A stretch of 64,000 nt of DNA, taken from contig JBPGPT010000050.1 of the NCBI GenBank assembly GCA_051047955.1, positions 1 to 64,000 on the forward strand. The letters are read 5' to 3'. This stretch comes from Cystobasidiomycetes sp. EMM_F5. Its lineage: Eukaryota. Position numbers and translations under genes: made by a program. This document shows, in pieces, positions 25,084 through 36,595 of the stretch (within the stretch, counting starts at the first letter, position 1; the number at the start of each line of letters is the position of its first letter). A model generated the notes under the pieces. That model did no database searches. It saw nothing but the letters and a program-made list of their open reading frames with translations, and was not told where the DNA came from.

Positions 25084-25910
25084 CTAATTCTCTACAATCA
25101 TGACCTTGAGTACTATTGTCGCTGTCTTACCGGTCTGATGCCCATCCTCGGCTTCTTCAGGAAAATCCAGCGTGAATTCGTTGACGTGCTTGAAGCCCGC
25201 TTTTTCATACACAGGCACTGCCGAGGGCACTGATTCTACTAGAGCCGGCATCCCTGCGCCTTTGGCTTGATCTAGTCCCCAACGAACAAGTGCCGCCGCG
25301 ACACCCTGTCTCTCATAATCTTTATGTGTCGCCAAAGCGATGAGGTACCTAGCAAAACAGAGCATCATTCAGAAGCTGTTGCCCGCTTATTTACGTGGTC
25401 TGTATTCTACCAGTGGGGCCTGTCTGACATGATTGCGGCACCGTGCTTTCCCAGCGAGGTTCGAAATATTTGCTGTGCAGTCCAATCTGTTTGTATATCG
25501 CGCTCATTTTCTGGCGGTAAGGGGTTGTAGGCGTCTCCAGCGACGTATGCTGGTTTCCACACGGCGTACCCCACCACTCGCCCAGTGCCCGGATCAGTGG
25601 CCTTGACCGTGCCGTGGCCTATCCTGGCCTTCATCAGCGTTGAGCCCCGCGCATCAGTCTCCGCTTCTGACAGGGACCTGTCGCGCAAACGCGGAGGTCG
25701 TAGATAATTGCTGACTGCGCTTCGTGTTCGTGGAACAGAGGTGGATGCAATACATGTCAGTCGTGAATGACTCAGCATGGGCTTAAATGGAATGGACAAG
25801 TCTGCCGTACTGGTGGAATTGTGAAAAGCGATACGTCCTATCCGTGCGGCATCGATGGCATCCTCCTCGGTAATTTGCGAGATGATCCACTGTTTTCGCG
25901 GTTTGGACAT
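25084..25910 (-). CDS. GNAT-family N-acetyltransferase
   Basis: Contains GRVVGYAVW, HW|YLIALATHKDYERQGVAAALVRWG (acetyl-CoA motif A) and VYEKAGF. Two introns. Confidence 0.85.
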
Positions 25911-26792
25911 GGTGCGGATATGGTAGAGAACGAAGATGAGAAGTGCAAGAGGCGCAGGATCCGCACATCAATTCAAAAGGCGAGTCAAGACGAGCTCGAA
26001 TCGCAATCACGCTCGAAGCACGTGGTAATATATAGCAAACCTATAGCAAACCAAAATACAACGCCATATCTCTAGAAGAATAGTCGCACTGTTCGACTTT
26101 GAGCATTGCAGGCTTTGCAGGCGATATCTGCAGCCTACGCTCAGATATCCACGGGCAAATGCGGATGGCGGCAGCTTTTCAGTCTTCGCCGTCCCTCCTC
26201 GTACACATGATGCGTACAGCTAGTAGTAAAAGCAAAATGAGGTCTATCTATGTTTCTCACCTTCCTTCGGCGTTGATAGAGCTCGATGGTCAGCCCGTAG
26301 ATTTCGAATTTCAACGTCAATGGCTTTAAACCTCAGGGACTAATTGCAGTGCGCGTTCCTTGCCTGCACCAGCCTGTATCGGAAATTCTTGTGACATGGT
26401 GTCGTGCATCTCCGGATTGACTTGGCTCGTAAGATAGCTGAGACGGATTTCCCGCAGCATGTCTTAGATGATGGAACCTACTGTGAACGCAGCGGTCTTG
26501 CAAGTAAATCAGCGATGTTAGGACATGCGGAATCGTCCAGCATCCTTGTCTAGACGAAACGAAAGGTACGTGGAGACAGTCAAAAGAGTAAGGGGGATCC
26601 GGAAAGCGAGTCAGCGAGTGGGTCAGCCTGCACTTTTATGTGTTGTTAGCAGCGAGTGCTGCGTCTCTTTGCTCTCTTTCAGTCTCTTTGTCGCAAGTCC
26701 AACCTCGGGACAGACCAGCGCAGCAGCTTCCGACTTTTTGACGTCCCTTTGCTCCGACACCTGCCCATACACCAAGGACAGCACTGACGACC

Positions 26793-28282
26793 ATGCTGCT
26801 CGCCAAAGCCACTGTGTCAGCCAGCAGGGCAGCCGTCCCACGAGCTGCGGTAGGGGCTATCGCTGCCCGCCAATTCAGCTCGTCGCCAGTAGCATCGGCC
26901 ACGCTCAGAGAACTCGAGAGCCGTGTCAAGTCGGTCAAGAATATCGAAAAGGTAGGCAATTACGCAGTGCAAGTAGGATACTGGCACCCGCGAGCCCGAG
27001 TCCTGAAGGCTGGGCGCCGTTTTTGGCTTCCCAATCCGCTGCTGCAATCCTCGAGCGGGGTCCAGCAAGGAGGAGCTAGAGCAGCCAGCTGTCTCAGACA
27101 AGGCCGTCAGGCTACCGCCCGACATATCCGCATCCGCTTCTGTTGAGAACGGCGCTGATTGCTTCGCTTTTCTTGTCCCATCGCTCTGCTCGTCTGCGGT
27201 TACGGCTTGCCCGTCTTTTCCAGATCACCAAGTCGATGAAGATGATTGCGACAACAAAGCTCAACAAGGCTCAAAATGGTAGGGAGATTGACAGAGATGG
27301 ATCAACGGACCCTTTGCGCTAAATAGTGCTCCCGTCTCATCGCCATTGGCCATTTGTGAATACATCCCTGCGTCCGATGCGAAAACAGCCATGAAGACTG
27401 CAAAGGAATACGGTGCTGCCAATGTCATCCTCTTTAACGAGTCCGAAGTTGCAAAATCAGTTGAATCCGGAAAGAAGACCTTATGGATCGTTGTCTCTTC
27501 CGACAGAGGTCTATGCGGTGGTATTCACTCGTCCGTCTCCAAGACGGCTCGACGGACACTCATCGAGGAGGAGGGTGCTACTCCTTCGTCACACGTTGTC
27601 GTCCTCGGCGACAAGCCAAAGCAGCAATTGGGGCGAGCGATTCCCAACAATATTGTTCTTTCTTTCAACCAGATTGGAAGATCAGTACCAACCTTCATGG
27701 ATGCCTGCGCCATCACCGAGCAAATCGATGAGCTAAAGTTGGAGTACGACAGCGTCAAGATTGTCTACAACAAGGTGTGTTGCGCAAAGGTAGATGGGTA
27801 GTCTTATGTAGTGTGCTGACGACTTGATGCAGTTCGTTTCGTCAATCTCGTACGAAGCCGCCATCATGGAAGTCTACAACGGAAAGGCGCTGGCTGCATC
27901 GCCCAAGTTTGCAGCTTACGAACTGGAAGACACCAACGTGGACGACCTGGCCTCGTTTGCTTTGACCAATGCCATCTTTGCTACACTCGTTGAGGGCCAC
28001 GCTACCGAAATTGTCAGTCTGTGTTTGCCCCTCATTGAACAACGTGTGCTAACAATGCTACGTGTATCACAGTGCGCTCGTCGTAATGCTATGGACAATG
28101 CCTCCAAGAATGCTGGCGAACTCATCAACAAGCTGACGATGCAGTTCAATCGCATGCGTCAAGCCAACATTACCAATGAGCTTGTCGATATCATTGTCAG
28201 TAGTCCCTGTTTTCGTTCTTACTCTCGATGGAATTCCTCGCTTACCGCCTTTCTCTCACAGACGGGTGCTTCGGCTCTGTAG
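26793..28282 (+). CDS. ATP3: Mitochondrial ATP synthase F1 gamma subunit
   Basis: Presequence followed by [52 protein letters not shown] and [19 protein letters not shown]. Confidence 0.97.
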
Positions 28283-28508
28283 ATTTGCTAAAGGTGGTCG
28301 GGGCAACATTGCCCAGTCATATTCAGCTTAGTAAATTTTGGTCGTTGTGTGGCATGTTCTCACAAAATTAAGATGCAATGCGCGCATGCAGTGCAATGTG
28401 TAGTGCCGGTCCTGCTTGTGCACTCCGAACATTCGGTACACTCGGATTTGCCACGTCTTATCATTGATTTTGTACCTACAGTACCGTAGATGGGAGGTCC
28501 CTATCAAT

Positions 28509-29770
28509 ATGCTTGACGCTGATCTGCCCGTCATATCGCTGCAGCAGTACTGCGATGCTGATACGCTAGCTCAGCCTCTGCGTGAAGCTTGCACGGGGCC
28601 GGGATTCTTTTATCTTACTGAACATGGCATCCCAGCCGAAACGACAGCAGCGATGTTTGCACTGATGCGGAGATATTTCCAAGAAGAAAGCGATGACGAG
28701 AAGCTGAAATACAACTTTAGGCCTGAATCCGGGTTGGTGCGTAGGTTTCAATTATGTTGACATGCGCCATAGTTTCGGCTGACACTGACATATGTCAATG
28801 AATACTTAGGGCTACAGCGGACTGTTCGTGTATACTTGCACCTTCACTGATGATGAATACTGAATACAATCACCTTCGCAGAGGCAGAGAAACATTGGAT
28901 CCAACCAAGCATAGTGCGGGCGACTGTAAAGAATCCTTCTACCTGGAGCGCCTCTCGGACTCTGCCGAACCTTTGCCTGTCTTATTGGAGACAGAGAAAG
29001 ACCTTATATCTAGCTTTCATAGTAAACTAGAGTCTATCAGCCTCTTGATTCTGAGCGGATTGGAGAAAGTGGTCGGTGTAAAGGCACAGGCTTTTACTTC
29101 TTGCCATGGAGGTGCGGAGAATCGTTTGCGTCTGATACATTATCCGGGCATAGGCAAAGAAGCGGGGTCGTACGTAATGAAGTGTATGGCGCTACAAGCG
29201 TACCTCTTCGCTGAATCCTGCAATGTTTGTGCAGTCAGGAGATGCGCGCATCAGCGCATACAGACTACGGATCTATAACTCTCTTGACTACGGAGAGCGT
29301 TGGCGGTCTGCAAATAAGCAAGCCGGATGGTCAATGGGCAGACGTACCTTACCTGCCAGACGCTATTGTTGTCAACATCGCCGACGCTCTAGAATTCTGG
29401 TCCGGTGGCACGTTGAAGAGCACACTACATCGCGTGGTACTACCGAGAAGCGAGCAAGAAGCCGTGTCGCGCTTGTCGATGGCCTTCTTTGTGCAGCCTG
29501 ACTTTGCAACCGCGTTGCAAGTCATGACAAATGGGTAAGGAACGAAATGCTATGATATCACGCGAGGGTCCTGACACAGATTTGAACAGCACTGATTTCT
29601 CGGACTCTGAATTCGATGCCCGCTTAGCGGAGAAGGGCATTGCTCCAGGTACACGAAGATTGACAAGCGGAGAGTTTCTGTGCGTGTGGAAGCGGCTTTG
29701 AGCTTGGTGGATGCGCTAATATATATGCTGCTCGTGCAGCAAAGCAAGGTTGGCTCGAACGTACAGCTGA
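28509..29770 (+). CDS. 2-oxoglutarate/Fe(II)-dependent dioxygenase (IPNS/DIOX family)
   Basis: Contains LPVISL, GFFYLTEHGI, LRLIHYP, the HTD...H facial triad (AHTDYGS, STLHRV) and RxS (SRLSMAFF). TGA at 29768-29770. Confidence 0.9.
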
Positions 29771-29877
29771 AGTTTCGATATCACGGTACGATTAAGGGTA
29801 TAAGTGCAGTAGAATCACAACATGTTGCGGTACTGCAGGGTGTGAACGAGATGCCGTCTATATGCGATCGGGTAAAA

Positions 29878-31362
29878 TTACGAAATGAATTTCATGGTCA
29901 ATTCGAACGCTGCAAACGTTGCTCCGTTTGCAAACGGTGAACGAATAAGTGTCGGCACGATGCCCTTGAAGAAGCCTTGGGCGCCTTGTGTGGCAAACGT
30001 CTTCCTCGCGCAGTCGATTACACCGTAATACTTCTTCTTGTCTCCCTGTGAAGGGAACGCATCCGCCTGTATTTTGGATTTGATCGTATCAAGTGGCCTG
30101 GAAGGAACACGACGCTTAGCACGTTGGTACGAAATCTTACACTTGGGGATACTAACAGAGCTGTAGCCCAAAGGGCATAGCCAGCTAGAGCACCGAACCA
30201 CATGGCATCCAGTGTGGAGAGCTCCTTCCGCGTGATGTTTTGTGATTTAATTTTATGTTGTACGAGAGCCTCGTAGGCCATGAAATACATGCCGTATGCT
30301 TGTATCTCTCTGCACCTACCAGCATCAGCGGCAGTCAACTACCCTCACCATCAAGAGTACGCACCGAAGGAGAGTGGATCCCTGTCCATAGAAAAGACCC
30401 CTCATACCATCTGCTGCATAAATCTTCCTACACGCGTCCCACGGACCAGAGTACGAGTACGCTCCACCAGTGTATTTTGCTTGCGTTTGCAGACCTTTTG
30501 GGCCATTTGTCAGTCGGTTGTCTGAATATCGAACGGCGAAGAGGGACTGACGGATACGGATATGTTCCACAGGCCCTGACACTACGCTATTTGTAATTCC
30601 GGCCCCGGCGCCAGCCAAGTATAGCTGACCGTATGACAAGTCCGCAGATTTGCCCTTTCTTAGATTCTGGGCGCTGGCCAGAAGCGCAAGTTACTGCTTT
30701 GCGTAGCGTTTGATTTATGGTAGTCTTACATAAAGTAATTCTTGCAAGCAGCCAAGCCAGCGAATTGTAACGAGACGCACGCGCCAATACCGACCAGAGG
30801 CATTACGGTACCTGAGCAGACAATATGCATTCAGACAGATGGCAACGGATTTATCAGTGAGGTTATTACCCTTGTAGAAAGCTAGAGGTCCTTCATTCTT
30901 GATGATGCTTTTCGCGCAGTCTAGTGCTCCGGAGTACGCATCACTGCTCTGTAACCGAACCTTGACGATATCAAACTGCCAAAATAATCAAATAAGCATG
31001 GACGTATTGCTTGCAGCTCCCGACTACTGACAGGCTGGCCGACAATGACCTTGAAAGCGAAAAGACTCAAGTCAGTCTCCAATCTCACGGGACGATGCGT
31101 AGTTGAGCTCTCACTTGGGCAATTCCGCCGACTATCAACAAATGTCACACGTCAGTATGGATGCGAAGCACCTCCGCGGCTCTTTGCAGAAAGCATAGCA
31201 TCGCAATAGCTGACCAGTCCCAGCTAGCAAATCCTACGCAGCGGGGAATTGCAGCTCGATAGTTCAGTCGTTTTGTAAATCCAATTTTTGGCAAGACTCG
31301 GCGGAAGCCAATAAGCGCACCTTTGCGACGCTCTTTTGCTGCACGTCGTCCGCTTTGGTCAT
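29878..31362 (-). CDS. Mitochondrial carrier, Ymc1/carnitine-acylcarnitine-type
   Basis: Three carrier signatures ([31 protein letters not shown]), plus [17 protein letters not shown] and [14 protein letters not shown]. Many small exons. Confidence 0.9.
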
Positions 31363-31845
31363 GCCTACAGCTCCCGAGCGGTATCCTATATTACGGCAGA
31401 TGTACGGTCAACATGCAATACTAGCTAATGCATCGTAAATATGGCCTGATAGTGGCAATCTGGTCGAGTCTCAAGACGGCTATTCCCTTGCGCACATGCA
31501 CGTCTTTGCTAGCATCATCGTGGAAGATCATCCTCCGGACATACAGCCAGCGTTCCGACCGGGAAAGCTGTAAAAACCAGAAGCAAAACTAACGCAACAA
31601 CAACGGTAAGAAAGTCATCGAAAAGGCCAAAACTAAAAGAAGAGAGGCTTGGGCGAAGACCATCCAGCACACTGCGCATGAGGTGATGAGTGGGTCAACT
31701 AAGAGCGTGGGAGAGCAGAATACGAAGCTGCTGTGCCCGAGTAGGGCACAGTCAGGTTCGACGAGCTGGAGATATGGCGACTTAATAACTCGTTCGTGAC
31801 ACGAGTAAGCAGCTAGGGCATGTGCGAGATGAACGCATGCTGACT

Positions 31846-34800
31846 TTATTTTGAGGCAGGGACGGCTTTTTTGACACAGTATACATCCCAGCCCGGGAGG
31901 ATTGCGGAAGGCACGTCGTGCTCGCTGACGAAACGCAGAGGGATTCGGTCTTCGTTGCTAGAGACGGACTCCGGGACAAGACTAAAGTCCTGTACGTAGC
32001 GGAACCAGTGCTCTCGTGAGGCGCCTGTTGGCGTGGTACCAAACCAGGGTCGAGCCGGCCCGAGCGGCTTGGCAACGTCCGTTTGATTCAATCCGACTTT
32101 GACTGTGGATCCTGCTACTGCCTTTTTGACAACACCTTTGGAGGATGTAGTGTTGGTATCTGCTAGCCATCCTTTTGGTAGCGCACTGAAAACGTCCGCC
32201 GAGCGGCCAACTGTTGTGCCTTCTAGACACTTCGTGTTCGCAAGCGAGCTCGTCAACTGGGCTGGAGGGCGGTAACCGCTGTTAAAGCATGATGAAGGCA
32301 TCTGAGTAGAGGAAGTGCTGCAGTACAGCGAGAGTGCAGTCGATGATGTGCACTCAAAGCAAGGGCATAATTCTGCCCGAATCGAAGCCAATTCTTGGTG
32401 ACCCTCAGTCGAGTTGGGCAAGATAGCCAGAAAGTCAAGCAGATCTCGTTCGGCCTCGATGAGTTTGTCTACGTCTCCAGAGATCTGTGACAAAATCCGT
32501 CTAGCTTTAGCTCTTCGCCAAAGAGCTTTTGCGTTGCATCTATGCTTGCGTAGGACGGCTGAGCAATCGAGCTCAGCTTCCTGGAACCTATTGAGTTTGA
32601 GCAGAGCCATTGCGCGATTGAGGAGATAGATGGGCAAGCGCGGCTCGCTTTTATGCGCCTGGGTATACATATCGACGGCGTGAAGATAATTGCCAGTCTT
32701 GAAGGCTGCATTACCTTCTTCTTTGTACTCTTCTGCTAACAGATAGCGGAGCGCAACTCGTCTGCATCGGCAGGCCTCGCAGTATCTGAGATGCCTTACA
32801 TAAGCGGATTGTATAGCGGATATCATCGCAACCAAAGGAACCTACCCGTCATCCTGTATATATTTGCTAATGAAACCGAAATGATCTTCGAGGCCCCAAT
32901 CGTCTCCATTGTCGAGATCTCGCTCCCATACGTCTTCTTCGTCTGTAGCGAACAATTCAGAGTATGCAGCCGACGTTGGTGAAAGCGACTCACGGCAACT
33001 ATTCCAGCCAAGCACCCCGCCGCCACGTCCATCGCTCTCGCTATTTTCTTTGGCCTTGCCTGTTCGCCGCTTGTCATCATCCGTCTTTGCTGATTTTTGG
33101 CCCGGACGCAATTTATTTGCGCCAAGTCCATTTTTGCCTGAAAGTGGGTCGGCAACTAGGCCGTACTTTTCCCTTTCAGACCGGCTTTCGATATCTCTTC
33201 GCAATTTTTCCTCCTCTTCCTCTCGAATGACAGCTTCGTAATGCAGAACCGTGTCCCACGCTTTCAAGCCAGCGCCCGGACGAGGCGAGAAGAGGCCGCG
33301 GTAACGGGTAGCACGCATGCGGGCAGTGTTGTGGAGCGGATAGATCGAATCGTTGTCGTCTGAATTTGTAGCCGCAGTATCGACAGCCTCGTCCGAGCTA
33401 CGTCTAGCGCGTTTGACTGATTTGCGCTTCTGATGTGGATTTGGGTTGGAGGGAGTAAGGCTCGGTGGTCCGTACGCGGACGAGAAGCTATTCCAAAGTT
33501 CATCGAAGGGGTCACTACCGCTGATTGGGTGGGAAGTATTGCCGAGCTTGCCGGAGGAGGATTTGCGGCCCACAAGAGCTCCATACGCATCGTCCCAATC
33601 TCCCAGACAACATTCGCATCCTCCGTACCAATCACCATCGGCTTCAGTACCGTCTGAAGGTGTATCGTCATCGACGGTAGCCCCGCAGCCTCCGAAAGCC
33701 ATGTTGACATGCTCGCCAAAGGCACGAATATTGAATTCATTTGCAGTTTGAAACAAGACTATCATCAGCCTAGAGAGGCCGAGTGCGATGAGAGACTGCA
33801 GCTCGGCTTGCGCATGGGCCATCTCGACCGTTGTGAATCCAGAAGGCGCGGGCTTGCTTTTTTGGGCCCCTGTTTTCGCAGCACGGGATGCAGAATTGTC
33901 TTGCAGACTGGCTTCGCGTAAATGAGCTTTCGTACTCGGCGACAACGGCGATCCAGGAGGGAACAGGGCATCGAAAAGTATATCGGGAGTGGGTAAGTTG
34001 GACATTGGGTTGTTTTGTCCGGCTTTTGCACCGGCATTTGGTTTGGAAGCGTCAAGCTTGCTGCTTCCAAATATACGGTAGAGGGATGGTCCCCACGAGG
34101 CGGACGCAGACGTGCAGGCTGAACCTGCGTGATGTGCACATATATGGGGAATGTCTGGAGAGATGGTTGGCTTTGCGCGAAGTGGCTGAGCTGGACTCTT
34201 CGCAATGACAGGGTGAGTCTGCGGCATCAAGCTAAGAAAGGTTGATGCAATTGGTCGGATGGGTTGAAATTGGTGAACTTCGACGGGGGCGTTCTCCAAT
34301 TCTTTGCACATTGCCTGCAGTAGAGGGACGAGATTGAGCAGATCACCTGCACGTAACCCACTCGGCGAGATTGTAAAGCCATTTGCGATAGCCATACGTC
34401 GGATGGCTGTATAGGTCCATTCGCTACTTATGTGCCAGACTCGATCCTCAAGCTCCCGTAGGTCCACCTGGATCTGCATCCTGAAAAACTCGCGCACTTC
34501 TTCGCTGGAGAAGGCGTTTGCGCATGCCCATCCCGGTCCGCCCCCACAAGCTGATGAAAATAATTGATTACTCGGCGGCCCAGCATATCGTCAGATGATC
34601 CCGTCACTCACCAATGATGTTTTGCAGTAGGTAGGGCAGTCTTTCCTTGGCTATCAAGGTCAAGCGTGTCGAATACAGCCTGGCTGCGTCCTCGTAAAAA
34701 CGGAGCCATAGTATGCGTGAAAGCAGCCGGTCAACCTGCGAACGTCAGGAAAGTTTAGTTCAAGTCTCGAAAACAAGCGTACCAACATGACGTCTCGACA

Positions 34801-35196
34801 CACCATTGCAAAGTCTCTGAGCTCCTTTTGTCGTTTCCATGCACTTGCAGACGTTGCGCCAGACAATAACGACTTGGACTTGCCAGAAGTACCTTTGGCA
34901 TTCGGCGTCTTCCATGGAGGTAGTGGAAGGTGTTCGTGTCCGCAGCTGCATCCACTGCTGGCTCCGGTGGACAATGGCGAAAACATGGCAGCCTGGGATC
35001 CTACGTTGCTGCTAACGGTGCTCGAGTTTGTTGATGAGCGCTGCATACTGGCAGCAGACGCTCCTACGGACGACTTGCGCACATCATTGTTGTGAATATC
35101 CAAAGTCTTGCTCGAGCCGTGTCTCGACGGTGCCATAAAATCGTGACCTGCTGCCGGTTCCGCACGCACAACGGCCAGCGTCCGACTTGGGAACAA
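31846..35196 (-). CDS. TPR-repeat-containing protein (multi-exon; could be two genes)
   Basis: ORFs 34660-35196, 32842-34497 and 31846-32835 are separated by intron-like gaps. TPR motifs AEEYKEEGNAAFKTGNYLHAVDMYTQA, NRAMALLKLNRFQEAELDC and KALWRRAKAR. Confidence 0.7.
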
Positions 35197-36595
35197 TGGC
35201 GGCAGACCTGGCCAGGTTTACGGCCTCGACAGCTGTCTGGTAGCTGATGAACACAGATGACACAGCGTCGGCAGATTGGACTGCTGTGAGACAGCTGTTC
35301 ACTGCTTTGACGCGTTGATCAGGTGCAAAGGGTCGAGTAAATTGCCAGCTGATCGACATACAGCATGTAATACGTGCAATGGTCGTAAAGCAAAGGCAGA
35401 AGGACGACAAATACTCGAACAATACGAATCACGGAAATTGAATACAAAGCTTGCGAGAGCCCGCCTAATTGAAATCGCCTGATCTGACAGCTCGTTGAGC
35501 TTTCCAGCATTGTGCTCGTCAGTGGGAGTCTGGCAGAGGTACAGATGACGAGGGTCTTCCGCTAAGCACTCAATAATATTCTGAGGTCATTCGTAATATT
35601 CTGCTTCCCATATGCGACTATCGCCGACGACCCTGCTTCAGACATCTGCCAAAAGACATGTATTATTCATGAGTAATCTGTGATTTAGCTGACGATTAAT
35701 CGGTGACACGCGTGCGACCATGCAGCAACCTGGCTGGCGAAATTTCTGGTGTTCGCGCGGCAAATGATGAAGCTGGTAGGAGGTGGGGCCCTCAGTATGG
35801 AGCTCTTCCTAACATGCGAACACCCGTTGAGAAAGAGCATACGTTCATGTGCACGAAAATCAGAATTACTTACGGCATGCAGAGACGGTATGCCAGAAAA
35901 ACAGGCTATGTGACAGCCCAAGCTTCACGCACAACTTGCGCATCGCTTGTTGACCGCACTGATGGTGATCACTAACCGTTAAGAGGCCTGGTCATGTGCG
36001 GTGCATCTGTCACTCCTTCTGATTCAGTCAGTGGTTGTATGGATGATGCTCGCAGAGATTGGCAGTGTGGAGAACGGATTCTGCGGTCGCTCAGTCTCTC
36101 GCGCGCAAGTAGAGATGATATTCTTCAACTGGAGCGTCTCGGATCTCAAGCTGAGTCTCCGTCACTCAGGAGCGGTCTGACGAAGTATTGTTGATGTGGA
36201 GCAAGGATGTTTGTATTCAGAAACCGTCAGCTGAGCGCTATCCGGCGTGCAGTCGTTGTCCAAAAGCTGGCGGCGCATGCATCTCGACAGAGGACTACAA
36301 GCTAGAATTGCTGTGACGCTTCTTTGAGCTTCTTCGCGCGGAGCCCCTAGACAATTTATAGGCTGGAGCGAGGAGGAACGTATTAGCCGGTGAGAGCCGA
36401 AAGCTGCAAAGGCAGACACGAGCGAGTGTCAGCTGAGCATGCGAAATATTGGCAAGAGTAGCAGCAATAGCTATAGTCGTAGCAGCGTTGTCAGTCTTTC
36501 CAGCTCGCGCCCACGCATTAGAGGCAGTCTCCAGGACCCCCGCGCAATATTTCGGACCCGACCAAGCGAGAGCCGCCGGGACTTCCGTGCACGAA

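Noticed and set aside
26031..26052. 11-bp tandem duplication TATAGCAAACC x2
   Set aside because: Only two copies; a simple slippage duplication, not an array.
26381..26393. GGAAATTC resembling RNase P CR-I
   Set aside because: No complementary P4/CR-V strand is visible downstream.
25084..31362. GNAT, 2OG oxygenase and carrier as a secondary-metabolite cluster
   Set aside because: There is no backbone synthase (NRPS, PKS or terpene synthase), and ATP3 interrupts the group.
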